Below, piece after piece: positions 33,708 through 47,100 of a DNA stretch of 64,000 nt. The position numbers were made by a program, and so were the translations under genes. This DNA comes from Azolla caroliniana (Eukaryota > Plantae > Polypodiophyta). The notes under the pieces were generated by a model, which did no database searches, was not told the DNA's origin, and saw only the letters and a list, made by a program, of their open reading frames with translations. The DNA lies in the NCBI GenBank assembly GCA_043228905.1, contig JBHGNT010000006.1, positions 7,688,001 to 7,752,000 on the forward strand, in the 5' to 3' direction. Every line of letters starts with the position of its first letter. The stretch's first letter is position 1.

Positions 33708-36700
33708 GGACACGTGATCTATGAGACTAACCCACGCCTTTTACGACTATGCTTTTGGAATTGCAATGGATACCCATAGAATGTTGGATTTGGCATAGAG
33801 GAGTTCACCGATGACTCGGATATCACACTTCTTGTTGAAACATGGGAGCATGATACTCAAAGGATTCAAGGTTTAGGGAACTATAATGTACACTCTTTGA
33901 TATGGAAGAAAAATCCAAGACAAAGAAGAGGACAAGGAGGGGTGGCATGTTTGATTAAGAAGGAAATAGAGAAATATGTGTCAATCATAAAAAATGATGA
34001 AAATAAATGCTACATATGGCTCAAAATAGAAACACCTAAGGATTTGCCCACTTTTGTAGTTGGATGTTACATTCCTCATCAAGATTCTAACGTTTATGCT
34101 TGTTTGGATAAAGATCAACCGATTGCCAATCTAGAAGATGATATTGCTTATTTCAAATCCAAAGGGGAAGTTATTGTCTTTGGTGACATGAATGCTCGTA
34201 CAAGAAGTTTCCAACTTGATTCACAAGAATCTTTCATGCCACATATCTCAAGGATGCAAGAGGATATACAAATGTATAGCCGCTCTTCTCGCGATGAAAA
34301 AGATCCCGACCAATTTGGGAAGTTACTCCTACAAATGTGCAATAGTACCGAATTGCTTATTGCAAATGGTATTTCGTTATGGCCCAACACTAATGGTTTT
34401 ACATGTAGAAAACACAACGGAAATAGTGTGATTGACTATGTGCTACTTTCCGAAGGTATTTTGGATCGTATACATAAATTCTCACTTGGTGAATGGACAC
34501 TAGAATCCGATCATAGGTCTTTATGTATTGATCTCAAATGTATGTATAGGTTTGATTGTGAGAAGGCTGTTGAAGATAATAAACAACCAGACTTGAGCAT
34601 GAACCTTAAGCGAGCACCCATATATTCCAAGATGGTTGAGGATATGTTACAAATGACAAAGATACAACATGGTGCCACACTAGAATGCAAATGGGAAGCT
34701 TTCAAGAAAGTCATTCTCTCCTGTACAAACAAATATTTTTCGACCAACCACACATCTTGGAAATGCACCAAGAAACTTAGGAAAAAATGGTTTGATAAAG
34801 AATGTCGTGAAGTTCGAAAGTGCCTTATGGTTTTAGATGTAGTTAAGGATAAAGAGAATTACCAAAAGCATTTGCATGAGTATAAAAGGCTTATTCAAAG
34901 AAAGAGAAGAATATGGGAAGTTACTCAACAATTTATCCAAACGCAAGAGAAAGCACATGCATGTGCTAAATTTTGGGGAAATCTAAAGGGAAAACGTGTC
35001 GAGAGTTATGGTGACTTAACTCTTCACGACTTGTCTATGCATTGTAAGAATTTATATGAGTTATCTCTTGCCGGAAAGATGATGTGTTATGGTTCTCTTT
35101 CACATATGCCTCCCTTCTTTACAATTGAAGATATATGCATAGGACTTAAGAAATTGGCCTCTCGAAAGGCAAGCGATCTTCAATGTATAAAAGCTGAAAT
35201 GCTCAAATGGACGGGAAAGGAAGCACATATATGGATAAGCGATATGTTTAATGATGCATTGCAACATGGTATGTCGTACGATTGGGCTACAAATTGGATC
35301 AAACCTTTACATAAAGGTGGAGATATAAATAATGTAAACAACTATCGAACCATCATGGTTGGCTCATTAATGGCAAAACTATTTGGATGTATAATGGAAT
35401 CAAAGATAAGTGTATGGGCTGAAAAAAGTGGTAAGAGAGCTTATGGACAAGCTGGCTTTCGGAAACACCATAGCACCATTGATCACCTTATCACCCTTCG
35501 AGTATTAATGGAGGAAAGTCGCCTTAGAGGTAAAGGTTTATATTGTTGCTTTGTAGACTTCAAGAAAGCTTTTGATATGGTACCTCGTGAGCATCTTTGG
35601 AGGCGAATGGAAGAACTTGAGGTGCCACGTGAATATATGCTTGCAATTTCCCGAATTTATGAGAAGGTTATATGTTGTGTGCGCATGAGAGATAAACTTT
35701 CAGATTTTTTCAAAAGCACTATTGGTGTTAAGCAAGGATGCCCACTCTCACCAACACTATTTGGTCTATGCATTGATGAATTGGAAGAAATGGTTACCAA
35801 GTTTGCAAAGGAAGAATGTGTTGAAGAAGTTGCCATTGGGAATGTTGTGATTATGCTTTTGCTATATGCAGATGATGTAGTGCTTTTTGCAAATACTTTA
35901 GGAGATGCACAAAAGCTTATGAAGGCATTGGAAAAAATTTGCATGCATACTAAATTAAGTGTCAATAGCTCTAAAACAAAGATTATGCTTGTGAAGAGCC
36001 AAAAAAGAGATAAACCATGCATTATGTACAACAATGAGCCACTTGAATGTGTGGAAAGCTTCAAATATCTTGGCCTTGAAGTTCCTTCAAATCATAGATG
36101 GAATGAATGTGCTACACGCCGCTTAGAGGCGAGCAAGCGAGCATACTATGCATTTGAGAACACATGCAATCTTGGAGATATTAAGTGTTGGGTCCTCAAG
36201 AAATATCTTTTCGACACTTTGGTGACACCGGTTCTTCTCTATGGGGTGGAAGTATGGGGCGGTAGCATCCCTAAATCTATGTGGAAAGAGTTTGAAAATG
36301 TCCAAAAGCATTTTCTTACCAAGTTTCTACAAGTTAAGAAACAAACGCCCTACACCCTCCTCCTCCTTGAGACGAGATCGCTTCCCATTGAGATCATGGC
36401 CATGGAAAGGGTTGTTGAATACATGCTTAAGGTTCAAAAAAGTCCCTCACATCGACTTCCTAGAATTGCGTGGGAAGCAAGCAAAAAGATCCAAAAGACG
36501 CATAAAAGCAAAATTTTGTGTTATGGTTGGATGCAAGATATAGAAAAATGGTTTGGTAGATGGGATGCAAGAGACTTGCTTCATGATGCATCATTAGATT
36601 CCTCTGTAAATGAGGCATTTTTGCAACGCCAATGTATCATGACATGGGACAAATGTGGAGGCTCACGCTTCACACATTTTACTACACATGTTGCACCTAA

Positions 36701-37088
36701 CTACAAAACCATATTCTTTGCGGAACGGGGAAATCGTACACATCCATACATGTTAGAGCCCATACCATTATCTGCCATTCGAACCATTGCTTCCATGCGA
36801 CTTAGCTCTCATGCATTGCGATGTGAAACAAGGCGTTGGGGTACAAGTGATGAGAGTGGTCGGTTATGCACACTTTGCCCTAAACAAGTTCGCGAGTCTG
36901 AGTATCACACTTTGATACAATGCTCTGCCTTTGATCATATTCGACCATGCTTTCCACATCTCTTCGATCGAGCCCAATCTTTGCATGAATTCCTCTCACA
37001 ACCACAATGTGCACTCTCGATTGCAACATTCATTGGTAAAGTTCTCGAACATCGAGAGTCATTACTCACTTTCACACGTATAACGTGA
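33708..37088 (+). pseudogene. LINE ORF2: AP endonuclease, reverse transcriptase, C-terminal CCHC; one stop near the N-terminus (33777-33779)
   Basis: FWNCNG, VETW, GDMNAR, IDYVL, SDH; QAGFR, DFKKAFD, GVKQGCPLSP, YADD, FKYLG; CTLC...EYHTLIQC. Confidence 0.92.
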
Positions 37089-37144
37089 AATGTAATATTT
37101 TTGGTCTCATAGGTCATATTTGACCTCCAAAGACGATAATATAA

Positions 37145-37216
<72 letters not shown>

Positions 37217-38003
37217 GTAACACACCATCTTTTCCTCTCAAGTACTCATAGTACTCATCCTCCTCTACCTCCAGTATAATTCCCCTCTGTCTTTAGTACT
37301 ATTCCTGACACCGTGTGGCTAAAAAGAATCTTGAAGGATCTGGGTGTTCCCATCAACGATCTGATTCTCCTATACTGCGACATCATGCGCAATATTCATC
37401 TGGCTCGGAATCCCGTGTTCCATGCATGCACGAAGCATATCGAAGTGCATTATCACTTCATTCGAGAGCGTGTTCAAGCTAGAGATGTCGACCTATAACA
37501 CATGAGCACGAACCTTCAGGTTGCCGACATTCACAAAGGCCTTAGGAGTTGACAAGCTCAGACAATTTTCATCTGACCTTGGTCTCACGATCTCCACATT
37601 GCCGAGCTTGAGGGGGAGTACGACAACAGAAGCTGAGTAACCCAACAGCCGAAACTCGAACGAAGAAGAACAGTTGCCGCACGAAGCCAAACGAAGAGTA
37701 TGACGCAGTTGAACGATGGAGATTAGTCAAAGTCAATAAGACCATCCAACCATAGAGTAGAGAAACCCAGAAAGCCGAAACGAGCCGAACATCAAAACAA
37801 TCTCTTAGACGACTGGAAGTTGTGTTCGAAGGGGCGTGTTGAGAATCAAACCCAACTTCCCCAATGAAGTGGCTTTCACATTAGAAGGTGGACATAATAG
37901 GCTAGTTTTGTATTGGCCTAAGTTAGTTGGTATTTAAACCAACCCTTTGTAACTTAGTTACCGTTGGATGTAATTCATCTTTTGCTAACATAACTTCTTG
38001 TTC

Positions 38004-38051
<48 letters not shown>

Positions 38052-38436
38052 GTCTCACGTACACACACAGAGTTCACTTCCACCACACAACATCACCTAC
38101 GCCGCCCATTTCTTTACAATGGGTATATTGAAAATTTAAGCAAAACGTACCACATTTTCATATGCTCTTTTACCTCAGATTCATTGTTTTCCAATCACGT
38201 CAATATTGCTCTGGTGGTGGAGAGAACACAGTTCCATTGTTTCTATTGTGTAGTAATATATTGATACTGGTACTCTAGAGAGATGTATGCATGGTAATAT
38301 ATTTTACATGCTAATATGGAATCTTTCATGTGGAATTGGAATGTTATAGGTGCCACTGTTTCTGGTACTCTTTTGTAGTTGTTTGTTATGTATATTTAAT
38401 CTTGGAAATTCCAAGTGGTGTCCAATGCTTCCAGCA

Positions 38437-38803
38437 AGTTTGAATATGTGAATGTGTTATTCTATCATTTCTTCTTGTATTGGCTAATGATCCACAAGTA
38501 GAGTATTCCATGGTATAAAGTCCAAAAACCATGAAAAAGCCCAATTTATGAAAGATAACTTTACTTGGAACATGAGTGAGTTGCATATTATTGTGAATGG
38601 GAATGAGTGAGTTTGAAAATGTGAACATGGAACATTAGTGAGTTTGGAAATATGAATGTGTTCTTGTGTCATTTCTTCTTGTGTTGGCTCATAATTTGGA
38701 GGTAGTATTCCATGGTATAAAGTCAAAGAACCAAGAAAAAACTAAAATTATGAGTCTCAGAGTTAACTTTACTTGTAACATGAGTGAGTTGCATATTAAA
38801 TTG
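38437..38803. repeat. Diverged tandem duplication, period about 200 bp
   Basis: TCATTTCTTCTTGT...AGTATTCCATGGTATAAAGTC...ACATGAGTGAGTTGCATATTA occurs twice. Confidence 0.8.
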
Positions 38804-40953
38804 ACAATCAAACATAGACCAAATGGTAAGAGGCTACAACTAACTTTACTTGAACAAAAGTGTTAAGGGCTTGATGCTAATTATACAGATCATAGGATAA
38901 AAGATCTACCATTGCAAATGTGAAATTGTAACTTGTAAATGCGAAAACAATGACATAGTAATTGTGGAAGCTAAGTGACCATCTACGGAGAAGTGGCAGT
39001 GCTTGCCATCCTATTTTTATTTGACAAATGAGCTATTGAAAGCTATAAAAAAAGTGAAGTGAGCTCATTATCAGTTGTAAAAAGAAGTGAGCAAATCACA
39101 AGGATGCATGGGGGGGCTATGATGAGAACATTGTTAATTATTTGGTTATAGGAGCAAGCCATCAGGAGACCATTGTTTGACTTGTATTTCAACAAATCAT
39201 CTAGTATTTGCTTCGAATATTGTTTTGAGCTATAAAATCACTTTCCAAGCAAAGTCATGGATATGTGTATTCAAGCTATTTTGAACTAGACAAGCATTAA
39301 ATAAATAACCCTTTTGACATTCTATAAAGACCTATTTGGTTGTATCATGTTGCCAAAATAGTTCAAGGGCATTCCATCTAAAATTCTCGCATGCATTCTT
39401 GATTAAGAAATCAATTATACAAAATTTGATTGCACTATCGTACCAATCCATGCATACGTCACTTTACGAATTTCCAATACATCAACTTTTCATCTTTTCA
39501 AGTTCTCAACTTGAACTCAATACCACCATTAGGGCCCCTTAAATGTAAATGAATTGTAAAGTCACCACTGACAACATACCCTAAACCAAATGTTGAAACC
39601 CTAAAAAAGAAAGAAGTCGAAGAGAAGAACACCAAAATGAAAGAAGTTGAAGAAAAAAGTAAAAATTTTGAACACTAGACCATTCATTTTTAATTGTCAT
39701 GTTATCACTTTGTTACTTTTAAATTACTTCATTTTTTTTTTAAGTTTTTTATGTCAAGCTTTGAGTCGGTCGAGCTCCTAGTGACAGAGGCTATCAGATA
39801 GTCGGGCTCCTAGTGATAGAGTTGGGCTCTTGGTGAAAGACGTCAACTTTTTATCCACATTGGACGGTGTAGATCGCATGCGCCCGCAGTTGAGCAATCG
39901 GCACCATTCGTGCCCGCGATTCCCTCACTTGGCCTCTTTAATATTTTGTAGTAGTTAGACACGAGCGTATATGTATGTATGTATGTATGTATATATGTGA
40001 TGTGGCAAGTCGATCCCTATGTGGCATGCCAATGTCATGACACATCCACTACGTGGCGTGGCAGCATGGACTGGCATAGTGTTATGCAATAACGGCTTCT
40101 CCTTCTACGCTATTTTCATTGGGGATTTCGAGGCTTGTACTCACTCGTTTTCGAATTGACCGTGGAATGAACATGTGCCTCAAAGCAATTGCCACGTTCA
40201 ATCAGCTTGAAAACTTCCTTTGAGATCAGATATTTGGGGGTCTTTGTTCAATTCGCAACAATTTTATGTCACCTTTTTTATTTATATTTTGAGTTGTAGT
40301 TCAAATTGCCATAAGGATAGTAGATGACGACAATGCATTGTAGTTAAATGAGAGGCCTAAAGTATGACCAATAAAACGTTCCAAAGAACTCGAGCCACAA
40401 GTAAAATGAGACGAATAAAACATGTATAGTTCCCATCCACATTTCTCAAGGTTCCTCATTTGTTGAAAAGCCAATGAGGGGGAAAGATTAGTATGTTTAA
40501 TATGCCACATTAGGAGGTATTGTCGGCAACTAAAGTAGCCCGAGTCCACATTCATCTCTTAAACTACTCGTGTGTGTGTGCATGTTGTGTGCCTCACTAG
40601 AACATATATTTTTGCGTTTTGTTTTGTCTATCGCTATTAGCATCCAAAGCATGATTTCATTTACTTTTGCATTGGATGACAAGCGTGGATGGCATTGATC
40701 AGGTACTCATGGACTATCACGAAGCCCTAGTGCAACGGATTTCATCGCCACTCATGTATGACAGAGAACGAAAGAGAGTCATTTGAAAGTCCAATACATC
40801 GTATACATATACATATATACATGGATTCCATTCCTAGTGTGGGGGGGGTGCCAAACGACCAAAAAGAGAATGAATTATGAAGAAATACATCCACAAACCC
40901 AAAATCATAATATTTGATCATCCGAAGCACATACATGTTCAACAGATTACTAA

Positions 40954-41613
<660 letters not shown>

Positions 41614-43755
41614 AAATACAGCCTACAGGAACCGGGCTTCTCTTCTCTGCAGAACGTCTTAGGGTTCCTGTCCGTAAATTTCGAGGGCCTCGTCGGATGC
41701 TATGGACGTTTGGATCAACAGAGAAGAGTCTCCTGATCATCATTATCTTCTTCTTCTTCGCGAGTTATTCTACGCTTTCCAAGGTCATCTCGACGCCAAC
41801 AACGACTCGGATATTGCTTAGGTTGGCTTTCTTTCTTTAACTTTTCTCTCAGTTATTGTCAATCTTCATTGCTATCCTTTGTTAGAGTAATCCAGTTCTT
41901 AGCAAGTAAACATCTGTCAATCCATCTAAGAAGCATGGGAAGATTATATGTTTACGTTTAGATTTTTCTTCAGAATCGAGAATTTACCCTGTATAAAGTC
42001 ACACAGGATTTCTCTCGAGAAATACAGTGAAAAGATATAAATTCTGCCAAATTTGTTAATAGTTTTGATTAATGCCTGTTGATGTATCTCAGATACATGG
42101 AAAGACCGCGTTTTCCTGGAATAGGAATTTCGAGGAAAAGTCGGACTTCTCTGCATAGGAAAAAACTAGACATGCAGACTATTGTTGAGAAAGGTTATGG
42201 ACAAATCTTATTTAGTTCAGGCCATCTATGAGGTCATGTTAGCTTTTGGGTTTCTTTATTTACAACAGGAGGTTCTTGGATGGTCAATCAAGACAGATTT
42301 CGTGAGAAAGAGTTTTTAATCTCTCTCAGATACATGAGAAAATAGTGTTTGTTTTTAACTTTCTTTAGAAATAGAAACAGAAACCCCTTGGAAACTGTAG
42401 ACCTTCTATTGTTTGTGTAGAAAAAACCAGACATAGAAATACTTGAGCAAAATACATAGACTATCTTCTGGTGATTAAACTTTTGAGCGTTTATATGTTA
42501 TGTGAGGTTCTGTGCCCATATTATGGCTTAGCTTGTGGAGGATTTTGAAATTTTAGACTTTTTTATCTTGTGAATTTGAAGTGTCAAAAGATATTGGGCA
42601 AAAAGATTGAATTTTGCCAAATTGAATATAGATTGGGATCGGCAACTTCGTTTGTAATGTGAGGCATATTTCTGATGGTTGCTTGTTTAAGATTATTGTT
42701 ACTTTTAAAAAAAAGTAAACTCTTTGAGAAATTGCAATATTAAAACATTGAGCAAAAAGAGAAGGAATTGTGTTAAAAGCGGTTACAGGTTTTCCTTGTG
42801 GCATGTGTCTGCATTCTTGAGAATTCTCTTGGATGACTGTAGATGTTTGTACACTTTCTTTGGGCTGTTTAACTGCAGCAGAAAAGATAACAATTTGCCA
42901 AATTGGTTACACAATTTTCTAGCCTCTTAATATATCATTGTCTAAACTTACCTCGACCTTCTAGTCATTTCACATATCATTATCTTTGAACTACTATCTT
43001 TCTGTTGCAAAGAAGGCAAAACTTTTGTTGAACGGGTTGCTATGTCATTTTGGAAAATTTGTCTGCAGTGTGAGGATTTGTTCTTGGATGGTTTGTCGAT
43101 GTTCTTTGGGTCTATGTCATTACAGCAAAAATGAGAACATTTTACTACATTGGCTATATAACTGGTCTTCTCGTTTTCTCGTATATTATTGTCTAAACTC
43201 ACACTAAAGATCTCTCCTTTCTGAAGATGTATGCCTTTTAATCTTGAGATCTATCGTCACTAACTTAATCCTGTTCAATTTTAACGAGTAGGATTGTCTT
43301 GACATCTACTTATGAATGATTGTCATCTGTTTGGCGTAGTCCTTGTCTTTTTCTGTTACGTGGCTGTACTCTACTTGCTGTTTTACTTCTCAATGTAGTT
43401 ACCAGGGGAAAGTGCTACTGCTATTCAAATACAGCGGACCAAGTATCTAAGAAGTGCTGGGAACTAGAGTATTGATGCTTGTAAATTGGAATTCTAGCTT
43501 GAGATACGAACACAACTCTTGAGTATCTTCGTCAATATCCCAAAAATGACCCAAAAAATGTAGTGTTAATAATGGTGGGGCTGTTTTACTGCATCCTTAC
43601 TGGAGTGGTATTCTGCTTGAGGAATTTGTTGCCGATTTGAGGAGTATAATTTTGTGGCACGAAAGGTGCGGTGTAATTTTATGTAATTGCTGGCCAGGAT
43701 AACTTTGGCTCTTTTTCACTTTATCAGATAGCTTTTACCACACGGTTCGTCCAAG

Positions 43756-44331
43756 ATGCCTAAAAGCAAAGAGCCTTGCAGCCAAGAGGCTTGTGATATT
43801 CAAGCATGCTTGAAGAAAAGGGGCTTTATACCTGAGAGGTATGTATATATTGAATATTTTATCTTCATTTGAGAAATTTTGGGGTTGCTTAAATATTCAT
43901 GGAACAAACAATTGCGTAGGGTGATTTAATTAATATCATCAGAGCTAAGACATCCACAATATTTCTGGCTATTTATAAACTTGCCATGTATTGGTGATTA
44001 TATGCCCTAGACATAGGTGAAAAATATTATCCATATGGCTAATGATATTGAGAGAAGCATGCACTTGCATTTAGATTAGTCTTCTTTGTACAGCTTGGGT
44101 TTGGCTTATTAGTATTATCTAAGTGCTTGGATCTGTTATGATCTAAAGCTTTTGATTATATTTTATGCATTTGGAAGTAGACTCATTTACTTTTGTACTA
44201 TTCTACTTTTATACAGATGTATTGTGGTTATAGAGGCCCTTCAGTATTGTTGTGAAAAATGTAGTTACAAGTCAACACATTGTGCTTCATTATCAGGTCT
44301 CCTTGGCCCAAAGAAGGAGTTTATTAAATAG
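43756..44331 (+). CDS. CMC4: Cx9C-motif small protein, CMC4/MTCP1-neighbour family (mitochondrial intermembrane space type); exons 43756-43838 and 44217-44331, 65 aa
   Basis: GT-AG intron; spliced protein MPKSKEPCSQEACDIQACLKKRGFIPERCIVVIEALQYCCEKCSYKSTHCASLSGLLGPKKEFIK with CX9C repeats; missed by the ORF track. Confidence 0.85.
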
Positions 44332-46399
44332 ATGATATAGAACCTGTTGACATGCTACACTGTTTATTGTAAACAATACACTAATTACTCAATAATATAT
44401 GCAGAATTTGTGATCAGAACACTCTACTGTAACACCATGGATAATGACTGCTTGTGAATTTTTTATCATCAATGTGTTTGTAGTTTTGCTAATTGCTATC
44501 ATCAATTGGTAAACTTGTATTTTGGGGCTAATTGCTAATCAAGAGCTTTAGTGGTTTTTATACAAATTAATTTCACAAGAAAATAATTTCTGTATGCAAT
44601 CTAGCAGAAAGCTTTATATACATTATTTTAAGAAGTATTTCTCTTTATTTCAAAAGGTGTTAGTTTATAAATGCCTTACCGCAAGGTTTTTATCCAATTG
44701 TTTTGGGCTTGTTTTGCATTGTTGCTTCACATACATTTCGATGCTGTCTTAAAAGTTTGTATTTGGCATTAGCTACATTCATTCACCCTTTTTACAAGTC
44801 ACATTGACATCTCTCAAAACATACAAAGCTGAAGTTATTGTGCTTTCTTCTTATCCATGTAAAATGCTAACAGATGAAATACATTGTTATGGAGTGTTAT
44901 AGCGCTAGACTGTAATAGAAGGGACCTCATAAATGCTATGAGGTAGCTAATGTACAATGGAAAAACTCATGAAAGAACTATGATGTGTACTATTTAATTG
45001 ATTAGGAAAATGGGGCTTCATAGTTGGGCCATGATTATTATTGTTGTTGTTATTATTATTACTATTACTATTATTATTATTATTAGGCCTTGGGATTCAA
45101 GAAAGCCATAAAATGTGTGAGAACTAACCTCAATTGAGCAAAATGAACGTTTGAAAATAAACAAAATAAAAAACTATTTTCCATTAAAAGAAGAATTTAT
45201 TATAAATGTGCTTGACTATAAGTTTAACTGTTGGAATGCATGGTTTAGTGTTGATACACGGGGCAAGATTTGGAACTTAAAATTTGTGGGAGCTCATTAT
45301 GAGTTCACCTTTGTGCTTGATACCATACACAATCTGGATATGGAACTTTGTTTTTTTGTGTATGTTGATAGTTCAAATGCTTAATCACTAAGACAATAGA
45401 TGAATCCCAACCAAAATTTGCTTGTTCATAACACTATGATTATCATCACAAGGGCATATACATGGGCATGATTACATCAAACTTCAGTTGATGCATTAAT
45501 GTCATCAATGCGTGAGGACAATGTACATATAGGCAGTGAAACCATGTTAATGAGCCCCCCCATTGCCTCAACATCTCAATACCTACATATCAACAAGAAC
45601 GACAAAAAATATTTTCATTCATTTTCCATCATGAACTAGATCATTACATTTATGAGACTGTTTATTGATTTTAGTATGTGGTTGCTATTATACCTTTTGT
45701 GCATTATACCAAATATCTAATTACATGATGTCTTGAGGTATACAATATTGACATATTTTTGGGGATTTCTTGAAACATTGGTTGGAATTTGCATGGGTTT
45801 TCTTTAGGGTGTAACCAGCTATGTATGATCAAGTTATAAACTTATAATCAAAATGATGTCTTTTGTGAATGATTACCTATGGCCTTTATCACGAGAAACC
45901 TTAATTATGTTTTACTTCCCAAAAATTGCATAAAGATAGAATATCAAACAAAGAACTACTAAAATAATAATAAACCCTTGCTTAGAATAAATGAACTAGA
46001 GTTTTGAATTGTTTAATTGTAGCGAGTTAGGATCAAAGTTTAAGGATGATTCCTTTGTCAAATTATACACTTTTGACCATTGTGAAGTTTGTGCAACTTA
46101 AATCGTGCACAAACAAGCCATTACATGTGGAAGCACAACATGGAAAGATCATGGTTTCTGTTCATGTCAATACCTTATTGAAAATCTAAGATTTTGATAT
46201 ATCAAGATGACAATGTTGTGCATTGTAGCACTAAGCTTAGTGATGTTAGTTTGAGTCTTAAACAGTGGAGCGGAGGGTTGTTTTTATGACATAATATTCC
46301 ACATTTGGTTCATGCACTCTTGTGTTTGCTCATTCCAAACCTAAGCTTACAATACTCTAAGTTTTTTTTTCCCAAAAAAACTTCTCCCATTAGTTATAA

Positions 46400-47100
46400 A
46401 ATTTTAGAGATGAGAATGTTATATACAAATCCCAATAGGGACACGATAGTTCCATCTTATGTGGAGGCCCACTGACTCAAGAAAGGGAGAGGATGACCAT
46501 TATTAGATGAAAGCTAATCGTTGTCTTTTGACTCCATCGGATCCGCCTGCGAGGCCATCGTACTGGCTCTTTAGAGTGATTACAACTTCACTTCACATCT
46601 CCTACAATAACATTGCTTGATGCACGGTTTAATTGGAAAAGACCCATTTTCCAGATAATCCGAAGAGTTACTGGGTTGACCAATTCCAACACAACTTGAG
46701 ATTTGGCATTAATATGAGTCGAGTGGATATTGTCAATTGTGGAAAACAAAATCTCTTGTGCCTTTATTAGCAGCATAATCCCCGCCTCCTGATGTTTGTA
46801 CTTGTCAATTGGGGCCTCCCATGATACCCAACATAAATTCCCTCACTTGATTGTGCCTTGCACTTGACATAATTGCAATAGGGAACCAACCTGCCGCCCT
46901 ATTCGATGGGCCTTTGGGCACTCCCACAAAAAATGTTGGTTTGACTCTGTTACATTTGGGCATGCTACACAATTAGGAGACCTAGGGAATGCACACTCCA
47001 ATCGGTAGTGACCTATGTATTAATAGTCATTGGAATGTGGTAAATCACCTAGTGTGGTGTTGTTTCTTGCCACAACACTCAAGTTTTCATATTTACGCTA
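46400..47100 (-). mobile_element. Possible heavily decayed retrotransposon gag remnant
   Basis: Minus-strand fragments such as IGHYRLECAFP and PYCNYVKCK resemble zinc knuckles; no termini found. Confidence 0.3.

Larger units (their letters stand above)
32718..37148 (+). mobile_element. Near full-length LINE, RTEX-like, inserted at the (TC)n tract of the H 3' LTR
   Basis: LTR sequence breaks after CTATTGCTC (32717) and resumes in (TC)n-GTGAG; ORF1, APE-RT ORF2 and a very short 3' UTR. Confidence 0.9.
26943..37310 (+). mobile_element. Element H: chromovirus (Ty3/gypsy, Tcn1/Tf1-like), degenerate
   Basis: 5' LTR 26943-27370; 3' LTR 32414-32717 plus about 37149-37310 (split by a LINE); TSD TCGTG/CCGTG; PPT AAGGGGGGATAG; gag (KFDRTRSQFKGFL), protease LLDSGA, RT IYLDD, RNaseH, integrase. 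Confidence 0.93.
26739..38118 (+). mobile_element. Element I: old degenerate Ty1/copia (RNaseH, PPT, 3' LTR), basal host of the nest; interrupted by H
   Basis: 26739-26942 reads QLEG*TDANW...RSTS...AISWSSKKQLTVALSSIEAKY...ACEVV and continues at 37316 WLKRILKDLG...NPVFHACTKHIEVHYHFIRE; GAAGGGGCG then TGTTGAGA at 37837; LTR end uncertain (38092 CAACA or 38118 TTACA). Confidence 0.85.

Noticed and set aside
39300-40270. Possible old long-TIR (Mutator-like) element
   Set aside because: Inverted similarity too weak and no TSD found by eye.
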